Of a stretch of DNA of 64,000 nucleotides, positions 1-8,903 are shown piece after piece. The notes under the pieces are model-generated. The model was not told where the DNA came from. It searched no databases and worked only from the letters and a program-made list of their open reading frames with translations. The number at the start of each line of letters is the position of its first letter. Position 1 is the first letter of the stretch. The translations under genes were made by a program, and so were the position numbers. Source of the DNA: Escherichia phage inny; the sequence record MN850601.1, one strand, 5' to 3'.

Positions 1-100
1 CAAAATCCAGCGGTTTGTCTGTTACTGTGTTCAGTGCGGAAATAGACAGACCATCACCAGAAATCAGGGTTACGCAAGATTTGAAATTTTTAGCAAACAT
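1..100 (-). CDS. hypothetical protein, 5' portion only (gene continues past window start)
   Basis: minus-strand ATG at 100..98 with GAGGAG Shine-Dalgarno upstream; frame open to coordinate 1. Confidence 0.35.
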   Translation of the reverse strand, partial: MFAKNFKSCVTLISGDGLSISALNTVTDKPLDF

Positions 101-110
101 AGTTTTCTCC

Positions 111-389
111 TCAAATAATAACTACAAAATATTTTACACCATCATATTCGACAATATGATCAGGATATTTAAATCCTTTATAAGATTTACCAAACAGACT
201 AACAGCCTCATTAGCTTTGTTTTGCGGATTACTCAGCCACTGTTCTTCTGTGTAAAACTTAAACTCTGTTCTCTTACCTTCTTTTTCTAAACCAACAATT
301 TCCTGTGTGATATCTTCAATACCTGCATTCTTCAAGGATTTGATTACCTGACGCAAACCGTGTTTAAAGATATCTTCTGCTGTTAACAT
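111..389 (-). CDS. hypothetical protein (92 aa)
   Basis: ORF track; minus-strand ATG at 389 preceded by GGAGG; tightly packed with neighbours. Confidence 0.5.
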   Translation of the reverse strand: MLTAEDIFKHGLRQVIKSLKNAGIEDITQEIVGLEKEGKRTEFKFYTEEQWLSNPQNKANEAVSLFGKSYKGFKYPDHIVEYDGVKYFVVII

Positions 390-402
390 AATACCTCCAA
401 TA

Positions 403-420
403 AGCCCCCGAAGGGGCTTT
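403..420. terminator. GC hairpin AGCCCCCGAAGGGGCT, intrinsic terminator candidate
   Basis: perfect GC stem just downstream of the stop of the 426..1148 gene; T-rich run on plus strand; same hairpin in reverse complement recurs at 48041..48056. Confidence 0.5.
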
Positions 421-425
421 ATTTC

Positions 426-1148
426 TTAAGCAATGATTGCTGCGATATTAGGTTTAACAAAGGTAGATGGTTTCATAATTTTACCTTTGTCATCAAAGAA
501 TACGTATACCTTTTGAACTTCGTTATATACAGCATGTACCCCAGTATAAGAACCTTCTGCACGATCTTTGCTTCGCATCTCGATAGCATCGCACTCTTTT
601 TCAAGAGCTTCAATAATATCCTTAGTTTCCCAAATAGCCAGGAGTTGCTTCTTGGTAGGATACTTGGACTCATTGCTATTCAACACTTCACGCATAACCT
701 TCTTCTCGTTATAAACAGAACGCACCAAAGTATCTCGTGCCATACGGGTAAGTGTAAGAGACATTAAGGCAAATTGCAAGTCATTTTCTACCATTTTATC
801 AAATTCAATGATAACATCGTAAATGTTCTCTGCCAGAACATCTCCTGTTGGCATTTCCAGAGCTTTATCAACACCTTCTTTACCAAAGAACATAAATGCC
901 AGGTAGGATGCTACCACAAAAATATCTGCTGCTGCATCAAGTAATTCAACGTGATCATTTTCCTGTGCTGCTGCTTGAAACTCTTTAAGTTCTTCTCGTA
1001 CAAAAGAAAGTTGAGCTTCAAACATCTCTTGAGTAAATTCTGGGGTTACTCCACCACGTGCCTTAGCATTCCAAGCAACAATTTGATCGGCAGTTTTGAT
1101 AAAGAAGCTATTGTCCACTTTTACTTGTTTGAAAAAATTCTCGATCAT
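426..1148 (-). CDS. putative nucleotide pyrophosphohydrolase (MazG-like) domain protein
   Basis: 240 aa; acidic helix pair REELKEFQAA / HVELLDAAADIF resembles MazG/HisE-type NTP pyrophosphatase metal-binding helices; motif-level call only. Confidence 0.4.
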   Translation of the reverse strand: MIENFFKQVKVDNSFFIKTADQIVAWNAKARGGVTPEFTQEMFEAQLSFVREELKEFQAAAQENDHVELLDAAADIFVVASYLAFMFFGKEGVDKALEMPTGDVLAENIYDVIIEFDKMVENDLQFALMSLTLTRMARDTLVRSVYNEKKVMREVLNSNESKYPTKKQLLAIWETKDIIEALEKECDAIEMRSKDRAEGSYTGVHAVYNEVQKVYVFFDDKGKIMKPSTFVKPNIAAIIA

Positions 1149-1157
1149 TGTTTCTCC

Positions 1158-1337
1158 TTATTTAAAATATTGTTCTAACAAAACACTAATGCGAACTACC
1201 GATTCGCCCATATACGCCCCAGCACAGAGGAAAACAACAAATCTACAAAAATTGCAGTACCATTTGTCCACTGGAAACGAGGCTAACATTATAATTGCAA
1301 TAGCAATTAACATCATAAGAACTGTTACTAATACCAT
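1158..1337 (-). CDS. small hydrophobic membrane protein (59 aa)
   Basis: ATG at 1337 with AAGAGG SD; long hydrophobic segment VLVTVLMMLIAIAIIMLA; ORF track 1158..1364 trimmed to first SD-backed ATG. Confidence 0.4.
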   Translation of the reverse strand: MVLVTVLMMLIAIAIIMLASFPVDKWYCNFCRFVVFLCAGAYMGESVVRISVLLEQYFK

Positions 1338-1345
1338 ATTACCTC

Positions 1346-2461
1346 TTACTCTGCTGGTTCCCAAGTACCTGGAATCATCTTACGTACACGTACCCCAACA
1401 GGCTTGGTAGGAATACCTTCGTCTGAAAATTCTTCGTACTCTATTTCAACAAATTGACCAATAAGTGTCAAAGCATTTTCTTCTTTACGATAGTTAATGG
1501 TTTCATCTGAATCCTTACGCATCAGGAATTCGACTACTTTACCATTTTCCATCTCTCCTGTCAATACCCCGTCACCATTTTTATCACGCTTTGCACTTAC
1601 CACTTTAACTTCAAGCGTCTGCCGTGGTTTACGTTTAATAACATCATAAGAACGTTTATCGAATTCGTAAACACCTTTTGCGTTACGATACACCACACCT
1701 TCCGCTTTCTCACGTAGAGCTTTTGCATAGAAAGCATCAAACTGTTCTTGGTTTTCAATGTACTCTGTATGTACTACACAAATAAGTTCATCTAAACCTT
1801 TATCTTCAACAACTTCTTTTAGAGCAGCCAAAACTTGAACCCTCTTCTCAAATGGTACAGATGCCACAGGAACATCATATACATAGTATTTAAGAAGTGG
1901 TGTGTTAGCATTATGCTTTTTCCACGCACTATTAATTTGTTGAAGGCTAAGGACACCCAAACCAGCAAAAACTTCACCGTCAAGAGGATGACCAACTACT
2001 TCTTTAATGAAGGTTGGAATTTCTTCCCAGTGAGGTGGAAGTTTATATACCTCCCCAGCTTTAGATAAACATTCACCTTGCATGTTAATCATTGAACGTA
2101 GACCATTCAATTTATATTGTGCATAACCAGGGAACAAAACACGATCAGCATAATCTTTATAATCCTGACATTTCATGGGTGTGGAAGGAACATGGTTTTC
2201 AGCTTCCTCTTTTGTTTTATAGTACCCATTCTTAAGTTGCTTTGTCCATTTGGCAAGAGCTTCTATTTCAGCTTGTTCTTCTGCTGTTGTTTCATTTGAG
2301 CGACCAATATTTTTAGGTTCTGCCGTATAAGATTTGCTAGTGATCTTTCCACCTAATTGACCATGAGCAACAGTTACAACACTACCTTCGGTATAGACTG
2401 ACCACTGTCTAATTTTACCTGTAGAAGTTTTACCATATAATGTAGGATTAGTTTGTTTCAT
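1346..2461 (-). CDS. ATP-dependent polynucleotide ligase (putative DNA ligase)
   Basis: 371 aa from GGAGG-backed ATG at 2461; nucleotidyltransferase motif I candidate YKLNGLR (K-x-[DN]-G-x-R); ORF track start 2509 judged an upstream extension overlapping the previous gene. Confidence 0.6.
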   Translation of the reverse strand: MKQTNPTLYGKTSTGKIRQWSVYTEGSVVTVAHGQLGGKITSKSYTAEPKNIGRSNETTAEEQAEIEALAKWTKQLKNGYYKTKEEAENHVPSTPMKCQDYKDYADRVLFPGYAQYKLNGLRSMINMQGECLSKAGEVYKLPPHWEEIPTFIKEVVGHPLDGEVFAGLGVLSLQQINSAWKKHNANTPLLKYYVYDVPVASVPFEKRVQVLAALKEVVEDKGLDELICVVHTEYIENQEQFDAFYAKALREKAEGVVYRNAKGVYEFDKRSYDVIKRKPRQTLEVKVVSAKRDKNGDGVLTGEMENGKVVEFLMRKDSDETINYRKEENALTLIGQFVEIEYEEFSDEGIPTKPVGVRVRKMIPGTWEPAE

Positions 2462-2651
2462 CTTTAACCTCCAGTTGCGAAAGAACCCATTTAGCCATTT
2501 CAATTTCACCGTGTAGTCTGCCTAGTTCATAGGCATCATCAATATTACCACCAGTGTAATCATCCACCATAAAGTAAGGATCTTCACTACTGTTAGGCGC
2601 GTTTGCAATTCTCGTTAGTTCTTCAATAAATGTCATAGTTAACCTTACCAA
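2448..2651 (-). CDS. hypothetical protein (67 aa)
   Basis: ORF track; stop overlaps ligase start region; compact operon spacing. Confidence 0.4.
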   Translation of the reverse strand: MVRLTMTFIEELTRIANAPNSSEDPYFMVDDYTGGNIDDAYELGRLHGEIEMAKWVLSQLEVKDETN

Positions 2652-2869
2652 TTATACACAAGAGTTTGAATTTCTTCCATCAAATCTTCAAGATCTGTAT
2701 CAACATATTCAGAAGATGTTGCCATAAAGTATGTAATCATTGTGAACCCTTCCGAAGAAAGGGCATCAAGGATATCATTAAACATATCTTCCATTTCAGT
2801 ATTCTCACCAAATGAAAATAACATTTGTTGATCTTCGCTTACACCTTTAACATAGATAGCTGTGCTCAT
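2645..2869 (-). CDS. hypothetical acidic protein (74 aa)
   Basis: ORF track; tight coupling with flanking ORFs. Confidence 0.4.
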   Translation of the reverse strand: MSTAIYVKGVSEDQQMLFSFGENTEMEDMFNDILDALSSEGFTMITYFMATSSEYVDTDLEDLMEEIQTLVYNW

Positions 2870-2872
2870 ATA

Positions 2873-3193
2873 TTAATCCTTAAGACGTTCATTTAAATCT
2901 GCAATAACATCATTTAAATCTTCACATTCCAGTGTTAACTCTGAAACTTGTTCATTCAAACAAGAAACTTCTTCATTTAGATCTGAAATAATGTTTTCTA
3001 ATGAATCTACTTGATCATCATATGAACGTTTTGTTTCTTCAAGGTCTTCCATAAGACTATCAATCAAATGCAGCAAAGATAAGATATAGCCGTCTCCTGT
3101 TTCGTTCCTCCACTCACTTCCGTAGCGATAAATAATAATTTCACCATCATCGACTACTGTAAAATACTTACCTTTACCAGAATAAATTTCCAT
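2873..3193 (-). CDS. hypothetical protein with acidic coiled-coil C-terminus (106 aa)
   Basis: ORF track; heptad-like acidic repeats (DSLENIISDLNEEVSCLNEQVSELTLECEDLNDVIADLNERL). Confidence 0.45.
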   Translation of the reverse strand: MEIYSGKGKYFTVVDDGEIIIYRYGSEWRNETGDGYILSLLHLIDSLMEDLEETKRSYDDQVDSLENIISDLNEEVSCLNEQVSELTLECEDLNDVIADLNERLKD

Positions 3194-3202
3194 AAACTCT
3201 CC

Positions 3203-3607
3203 TTATTGTAGCTTAAGTGAACTGCGAAGACGTTCCTCTTGCTGATCACGAATATGTTGTGGAACCTCATGAATTGAATCGTTACCGTGCCTATTCTCCA
3301 CAACTAAAGAAATAACTTGATAACCAAACTCTTCAGCAAGAGTTAAATAAGGTTTAAGTTCTTTTTCTGTAGTAGAGGTATTAGAAACAATAATCTTTTC
3401 AACACCATACTGCATATATTTTTGTACTTTGACACGACACCATTGGTGTGCTTTATGGATATTCTCTTGTTTCCACTCATACACACCATCTTCAGTGTAG
3501 TGGTATTGATCTGCCTCACAAATAGGCCAATGATTTTCAGAGATAATTTCTGCTACTGTAGATTTACCTGCACCTGAAACACCACGTAAAATGATAAGTT
3601 GTTTCAT
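3203..3607 (-). CDS. P-loop kinase (putative polynucleotide 5'-kinase)
   Basis: 134 aa; Walker A GVSGAGKST at N-terminus; stop/start directly adjacent to the ligase-like gene upstream. Confidence 0.55.
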   Translation of the reverse strand: MKQLIILRGVSGAGKSTVAEIISENHWPICEADQYHYTEDGVYEWKQENIHKAHQWCRVKVQKYMQYGVEKIIVSNTSTTEKELKPYLTLAEEFGYQVISLVVENRHGNDSIHEVPQHIRDQQEERLRSSLKLQ

Positions 3608-4540
3608 TTAGCCTCCAAAGAAGTTTTCTATTTCTTTACGTCGCTCTTGTGGATCGAGAGCAGCCCATTGAGCCTTCGTAAATTTATTTCGAAGCCATTC
3701 TAGCAAAGTATAATATTCTTCGTCAACAATTTGTTTAGCATTGTTTGGGTTGTCCCAAATCATATCCCACTTCTTATTGCCACCACGCATAAGGAATTTC
3801 TTAGCAAGATAGTATGGTGACTTAATCTTTAAGAGTAAGTTAAACGGATAGTTTGTTTCACGAACAACAAAGCCTTCGTGTCTACAATGTTTAGACATTT
3901 CAACAACATCTGAAAATTTAATCATTGGATAAACTTCAGGACGTTTAAATTTTGTAATAGATGCAATCCCATCAAGAACACCTTCAGGTAACATGAAACT
4001 TGTCCCATCAAGATTTTGAATTCTTGCTCCAATTAAGTATGCGCCTGGTTCTTCTTCGACAATATGTGGATCAGAAGGATCACAGATTTCAAAAAGGAAA
4101 GTTGCTTTTGCACTTTCTGTCCACTTAATGAAATACTCTATGTCATCACACTCGGAAACAATACGGTTCTTGGCAATAGTTGCAAAGTCTGACTCTAGGC
4201 TCCCTGTTGTTGATACAACAAGTTGCCCTTTGTACACACCTACAGATGCCATAAAACCGTTTACTTTACGGACAGCATCTACAAATTCATCTCCTGGAAG
4301 ATCTGTACCATTCTCAAAACGATTAAAGATTTTAGTAAAAGGCCAAATAACAATATTATCTTCTGAATCAACAACCAACCCACGACAATCTAAAAGTCGT
4401 TTGTCAACGTTCCACAAGTTATCCCAGAATACATTGTTTTTGTATTTAAGTACAGCAAGACCAGCATACTCTCCAGATTTAACTTCTTTTTTATGCACTA
4501 AACCTTTTGCAATCAGGTCATCACAATTGAACTTAGCCAC
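3608..4540 (-). CDS. nucleotidyltransferase, RNA ligase-like
   Basis: 310 aa; candidate motif I lysine in RKVNGFM; flanked by kinase and metallophosphoesterase genes. Confidence 0.5.
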   Translation of the reverse strand: MAKFNCDDLIAKGLVHKKEVKSGEYAGLAVLKYKNNVFWDNLWNVDKRLLDCRGLVVDSEDNIVIWPFTKIFNRFENGTDLPGDEFVDAVRKVNGFMASVGVYKGQLVVSTTGSLESDFATIAKNRIVSECDDIEYFIKWTESAKATFLFEICDPSDPHIVEEEPGAYLIGARIQNLDGTSFMLPEGVLDGIASITKFKRPEVYPMIKFSDVVEMSKHCRHEGFVVRETNYPFNLLLKIKSPYYLAKKFLMRGGNKKWDMIWDNPNNAKQIVDEEYYTLLEWLRNKFTKAQWAALDPQERRKEIENFFGG

Positions 4541-4541
4541 C

Positions 4542-5093
4542 TTAATCTCCTTTGATTATCTTATGATGATCTACAACAATAATATCACGCTTATCCATAA
4601 TAGAGATGATTTCGTCAAAATGTAAGATTTTCCCGTGTGCATCCCAACCAACATCCAACATTTTCCCATACAAATGATCAGGGAATGATCCGTGAGAGTG
4701 TCCGTGTAGCATGATTGATCCATGCCCTTGTTTATTCCAGGCAGCCATAGGGTAATGACTTAAGACGAAGAACAGCTTCTGATATTTCACTTCGTCATAA
4801 TACACAACTTCTCCATACTCTGCAAGCACTTTTCTGTGTTTACTGTAATCATGGTTCCCAACACAGTAAGTAATATCCCCTTGGAGACGGGAAGCAATCT
4901 TACGGGTATCTTCTTCAGTCCCGAAACAGAAGTCCCCAAGATGGTACATCTTTACTCCTGGTGTTGTGGCACATTTATTCCATGCTTCGATCAGTGCTTC
5001 TGTCATATGCTCCATATCTTCCCACGGGCGATATTCAGGAGCAAACTCTCGGATACGTTTGTGCATAAAATGCAAATCACTTGTAATAAACAT
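4542..5093 (-). CDS. calcineurin-like metallophosphoesterase
   Basis: 183 aa; MPP signature motifs in canonical order: SDLHF, LGDF, VGNHD, LHGHSHG. Confidence 0.75.
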   Translation of the reverse strand: MFITSDLHFMHKRIREFAPEYRPWEDMEHMTEALIEAWNKCATTPGVKMYHLGDFCFGTEEDTRKIASRLQGDITYCVGNHDYSKHRKVLAEYGEVVYYDEVKYQKLFFVLSHYPMAAWNKQGHGSIMLHGHSHGSFPDHLYGKMLDVGWDAHGKILHFDEIISIMDKRDIIVVDHHKIIKGD

Positions 5094-5455
5094 TAGTATA
5101 ATCCCTCGCTGAATAGTTCACTGTTGTGACCATTTCTTTCGTAGTTAATTTGTTTGGCGTTATCTGCAATGATATAAGCATCTTTGCGACTCCACCAGTT
5201 ATAATACTGATCAATAAACCCTTGATTATCAGGTAAGCAAAACAGTTTATCAATCAATCCTGCATCTTTTAAAACATTAAGTTGTGCAGATAGTACAGGA
5301 TTTGCATGCCTAACACAAGGAATAATTAACTCTTCGCCATTATTGAGAATATACTTATTCGCAGCGCAGACTATAACACGTTGAGCATAGTGATCCTCAC
5401 CAAGCCAAGTAAGAGGTTGGTAACAAATATCATGTTGATTAGTAGCGCACATCAA
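5093..5455 (-). CDS. hypothetical protein (120 aa)
   Basis: ORF track; start overlaps stop of next gene. Confidence 0.5.
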   Translation of the reverse strand: MMCATNQHDICYQPLTWLGEDHYAQRVIVCAANKYILNNGEELIIPCVRHANPVLSAQLNVLKDAGLIDKLFCLPDNQGFIDQYYNWWSRKDAYIIADNAKQINYERNGHNSELFSEGLY

Positions 5456-5601
5456 TTTTCTCCATACTCTTTTAATCTATCAGCGAAAAAACTGTAATCA
5501 GGAAGTAAAAGATCATTACTCGTATCGCTACAGTTTTCTTCCTCTTTATAGATAAAATGCCCTTCATCCTCTTCTTGCTCTGACCAAACTGAGTAATGCA
5601 T
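5452..5601 (-). CDS. small acidic hypothetical protein (49 aa)
   Basis: unlisted short ORF read by eye; ATG at 5601, stop overlapping the ATG of the 5093..5455 gene (ATGA-type coupling); weak SD. Confidence 0.25.
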   Translation of the reverse strand: MHYSVWSEQEEDEGHFIYKEEENCSDTSNDLLLPDYSFFADRLKEYGEN

Positions 5602-5610
5602 AATACCTAC

Positions 5611-5952
5611 TTAATAGTTAACACGTTTAATTTCAACACCATAGGATGAAATAAAATTTTCCTTAGCTAACATATATTTACCAGCAGCAGAAGGATTTGA
5701 TGTATGAACATAGATAGTTTTAAGAGCATCCCATTCACCAGCGTACAACATACATTCTACATCTAAGAACGCATGATAGCCTTCTTGATCTTCTCCAAGA
5801 TCATTATCGAAGTGTATTTCTGAGATATTATTGAAATTATCTTCATCTGAAACAAAAGATGACCAATCCCCAAAAGATTTTAACCAAATGGCATCCTCAT
5901 AACCATAATCTTTAGGATCTCTTAAATCGTCTAACCAAATAATTTTAGCCAC
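5611..5952 (-). CDS. hypothetical protein
   Basis: ORF track 5611..5985 trimmed to GTG at 5952 preceded by GGAAGGGGG SD and lying 3 nt after the upstream gene stop. Confidence 0.45.
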   Translation of the reverse strand: MAKIIWLDDLRDPKDYGYEDAIWLKSFGDWSSFVSDEDNFNNISEIHFDNDLGEDQEGYHAFLDVECMLYAGEWDALKTIYVHTSNPSAAGKYMLAKENFISSYGVEIKRVNY

Positions 5953-5954
5953 TA

Positions 5955-6146
5955 TCAACCCCCTTCCTGTTTCTCTTCTTTCCAAGTTTTACCTTTATCT
6001 ACCAATTGCTTAGAAACAGCAAATCTTTCTCCATTGACATAAAACAGATAAAGAATAAAGGATTTTCCTATAGTTACAGTATCTACTACTTCTACACGCT
6101 TTACACCTTGCATGTATTTGGCTTTACCTGAATAAATAAGGAACAT
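5955..6146 (-). CDS. hypothetical protein (63 aa)
   Basis: ORF track. Confidence 0.4.
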   Translation of the reverse strand: MFLIYSGKAKYMQGVKRVEVVDTVTIGKSFILYLFYVNGERFAVSKQLVDKGKTWKEEKQEGG

Positions 6147-6424
6147 TATTTATTCCTTTTGTTGTTGATCACATCTAAAGCTGTATAAGGTTTGTTTGTA
6201 CCGCTGTATTCAAGAATAATTGGTGCATGTTCATAGACAAACTCAAAAGTACCATACACAGAATCTGCAACTGAAATAAGCATTTCAGTGCCTTCATCGT
6301 TCTTAATTAATGAAAACCTTGCCCCTGGTTTATTGAGCACTTCATATTTCTTACCTACTGTCAGCAAACCTGAATACCATTCATTTTGCACAACAGACAA
6401 ACACTTCAGATAGGTTTTTCTCAT
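6146..6424 (-). CDS. hypothetical protein (92 aa)
   Basis: ORF track; start overlaps upstream stop. Confidence 0.5.
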   Translation of the reverse strand: MRKTYLKCLSVVQNEWYSGLLTVGKKYEVLNKPGARFSLIKNDEGTEMLISVADSVYGTFEFVYEHAPIILEYSGTNKPYTALDVINNKRNK

Positions 6425-6762
6425 TTCTTTTTGCTCCTTCTTTTAGGCTTCTCGTATAAACCTAACACAGCAGACTCTTTTGCACAGATAGGAACTGACT
6501 TCATTCCTCGTTTTTTGGCTTCTGGTAGATTCAAAACCCACCAGCCAAACCAATACAATTCATCTTCTGTGAAAGGATCTGCCATAGGATCTGCATCACG
6601 TTCTTCAAATTTAGCAAGAGCTTCTTCTATCTTTTCTATTGGAGTATCAAAGACAAAAGCCTCTGTGTCAAATTTTTGTTTCTTAGGAGCGGCCTTTGCC
6701 GCCCCCTCTTTAGATGCGTGCTTTGTTACGGATCGCTTCTTCGGTGTTTTCGCCATCAACAA
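6421..6762 (-). CDS. hypothetical protein with lysine-rich N-terminus (113 aa)
   Basis: ORF track; basic N-terminal tail (KTPKKRSVTKHASKEGAAKAAPKKQK) suggests nucleic-acid binding. Confidence 0.5.
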   Translation of the reverse strand: MLMAKTPKKRSVTKHASKEGAAKAAPKKQKFDTEAFVFDTPIEKIEEALAKFEERDADPMADPFTEDELYWFGWWVLNLPEAKKRGMKSVPICAKESAVLGLYEKPKRRSKKK

Positions 6763-6949
6763 CCTCCATACGGTGTAAGAAATCTTGCTGGAATCGCCAA
6801 TACTGTTGACCAGTCCTTACATCTTCGTAGATCACAACAGGATCAAACACTTTAGATACACCCGCTGGTTTAGGAAAACCAACTACACGATATAAACCAC
6901 CTTTACTAATACAAGAATATGTTACATCAGTTAAAATTTCTTTTTTCAT
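6710..6949 (-). CDS. hypothetical protein (79 aa), start uncertain
   Basis: ORF track; overlaps downstream gene by about 50 nt. Confidence 0.35.
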   Translation of the reverse strand: MKKEILTDVTYSCISKGGLYRVVGFPKPAGVSKVFDPVVIYEDVRTGQQYWRFQQDFLHRMEVVDGENTEEAIRNKARI

Positions 6950-7143
6950 TTTTTAATAAACTCCAAAACAGGTACGTGATCAGCAGTCAAAGTTACACAA
7001 TTGTAACTTACCTTTTCAACTTCAGAGAATGCTTCAACCCAAAGCAAGAAATTCTCTTTAGCTTCTTCATAATTCAATGTTGACTTAACAACATGGAACT
7101 CACCAAGAATTACTCTATAGATTGTTTGCATAGTTTGATTCAT
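6946..7143 (-). CDS. hypothetical protein (65 aa)
   Basis: ORF track. Confidence 0.4.
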   Translation of the reverse strand: MNQTMQTIYRVILGEFHVVKSTLNYEEAKENFLLWVEAFSEVEKVSYNCVTLTADHVPVLEFIKK

Positions 7144-7209
7144 TTATTTTTCCTTTGTTTAAAATGTGTTAAACAATCGCAAATGCTCGTGACGCACTTT
7201 GTGATCCCA

Positions 7210-7578
7210 CTAATTAACGTCAGCACTATGATTGTTGAGAGTATAGGATACTCCATCGCCCAAGTCAACATGAATCTCAACTCCTAACTGTCTTTCTAAT
7301 GGTAAACGTTTTGAGAATTGATAATTACAAAGTTTGCAATCTAAGTCAAGCAACTCATGTTTGCTTAAACCTGGGATGATAACTTTGCTTCCCACTGTCC
7401 ACTCAATACCTTCAAAGTTATCTCTTCTTTTCAAAATGTCAAGTAAGAAGATGATTTGTTGCCATTCCGTAGACAAGTCTTCTTCATAGAACGCAGAACA
7501 AAAAGTTTTATCATCGTAGAAAGCATACATTATGCCTCCATCTACTGTTTCACTTCTAACGTAACGTGTGACCCTCAT
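7210..7578 (-). CDS. hypothetical protein (122 aa), first gene of the minus-strand block
   Basis: ORF track; AGGAGGG SD upstream of ATG at 7578. Confidence 0.5.
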   Translation of the reverse strand: MRVTRYVRSETVDGGIMYAFYDDKTFCSAFYEEDLSTEWQQIIFLLDILKRRDNFEGIEWTVGSKVIIPGLSKHELLDLDCKLCNYQFSKRLPLERQLGVEIHVDLGDGVSYTLNNHSADVN

Positions 7579-7931
7579 TATTCCCTCCTGTATAGCTCTG
7601 TAACGAGCTAATGGCCTTTAAGATATGCAATCACCTTACCTCACAGTAAAACTCGTTACAATCGTTTTTAGGAGGTTTAGGTTGTACTTAAAAATAATCT
7701 AAAAAGGTGTTGACAAACGCAAAAAAGTATGCTACCCTAACCCCCGAAAAACGCCGAGCGCAGCGAGGGGGTGTTATCTAATCTTGTGATACATGATCTA
7801 ACAGACAACTGAGTAGTCTACATATAGCACTATGTTATGTCTATAATACTAACATACATACTCTATACTAACAATAGATTCTTTATTAATTTTATTATTA
7901 ATTAAATAATAAATTAAATAATAAATATCTA

Positions 7932-7960
7932 TTGACTTTAGATCTATCTGTATGTAGAGT
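7932..7960 (+). promoter_or_regulatory. sigma70-like promoter TTGACT-N17-TGn-TAGAGT
   Basis: -35 at 7932..7937, TG at 7953..7954, -10 at 7955..7960; 40 nt upstream of the prs-like gene. Confidence 0.55.
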
Positions 7961-7999
7961 AGAGAACATAAAGTCCTAACTCAACTAAGGAGATAAACA

Positions 8000-8893
8000 A
8001 TGAAAGTTAGTATTCTACATGGTGTTGACTGTTATGTTACTGATGTAGACGTTAAAGTCTTTACATTCTCTGGTGGAGAACAACATGTTCAACTAGACAC
8101 GAATCTATCAGGTTTCAATCATGCTACAGACAGAATCTTACTCTCTTTAGAAGTAAGATCTGCTAAAGACTTGATGACTTTGGTTATGACTAAGAATGCA
8201 TTGGACAATATGCTATATCATAAACCATATTGTGTTGATTTACTCATGTTGTATGTGCCGTATGCACGACAAGACAGAGTGTGTGAGCCTGGGGAAGCAT
8301 TCGGAGTTAAAGCCTTTGCTTCTATAATTAATTCATTAAATTTCTCACGTGTTATCGTTGCTGATCCACATAGTGATGTTACTCCGGCAGTGTTTGACAG
8401 ACTCTGTGTAATACCTCAAGAAGAGATTGCTTACGAAACTTTAAAGTGGAAGTTACGTATGGAGAATTTTGCTCTTGTTAGTCCTGATGGTGGTGCTCTT
8501 AAGAAAATATTTAAATTATCTAAGAAAATGTCTTTAGATGTGTTCTGTGCAGAGAAGGTTAGAGATACTGCAACAGGTGCTATTGTTCGTACAGACATTT
8601 CTGTACAGGATTTCAATAAGCGTAACCTGATGATCGTAGATGATATCTGTGACGGCGGTAGAACTTTTATTGAATTGGCTAAAGTGCTACGTGCTCGTAA
8701 CGCAGGTAAGATTGAGTTATATGTTACACACGGTATCTTTTCTAAAGGTCTTAAAGAGTTAAGTGAGCACTTTGACTGCATTCATTCTCTTAATGTGTGG
8801 GAAGATAACATCCAAGAAGATTCCGGTGTTCTTGTTAAGAATCAGTCAGATTTGCAACAACAAATTGTATCTCCATACGTGTGGAATTTTTAA
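8000..8893 (+). CDS. prs: ribose-phosphate pyrophosphokinase family protein (Prs-like; possibly an ADP-ribose pyrophosphokinase)
   Basis: 297 aa; Prs hallmark YVPYARQDR and PRPP-binding loop NLMIVDDICDGGRTF; AAGGAG SD. Confidence 0.85.
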   Translation: MKVSILHGVDCYVTDVDVKVFTFSGGEQHVQLDTNLSGFNHATDRILLSLEVRSAKDLMTLVMTKNALDNMLYHKPYCVDLLMLYVPYARQDRVCEPGEAFGVKAFASIINSLNFSRVIVADPHSDVTPAVFDRLCVIPQEEIAYETLKWKLRMENFALVSPDGGALKKIFKLSKKMSLDVFCAEKVRDTATGAIVRTDISVQDFNKRNLMIVDDICDGGRTFIELAKVLRARNAGKIELYVTHGIFSKGLKELSEHFDCIHSLNVWEDNIQEDSGVLVKNQSDLQQQIVSPYVWNF

Positions 8894-8903
8894 ATAATAA
8901 GTG

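Noticed and set aside
15-290. Plus-strand ORF of 91 aa at the window start
   Set aside because: Overlaps antisense to two well-supported minus-strand genes, has no Shine-Dalgarno and a low-complexity translation; judged spurious.
7860-7930. AT-rich iterated motifs as a possible CRISPR array
   Set aside because: Repeats are short, irregular and AT-only with no regular repeat-spacer periodicity.
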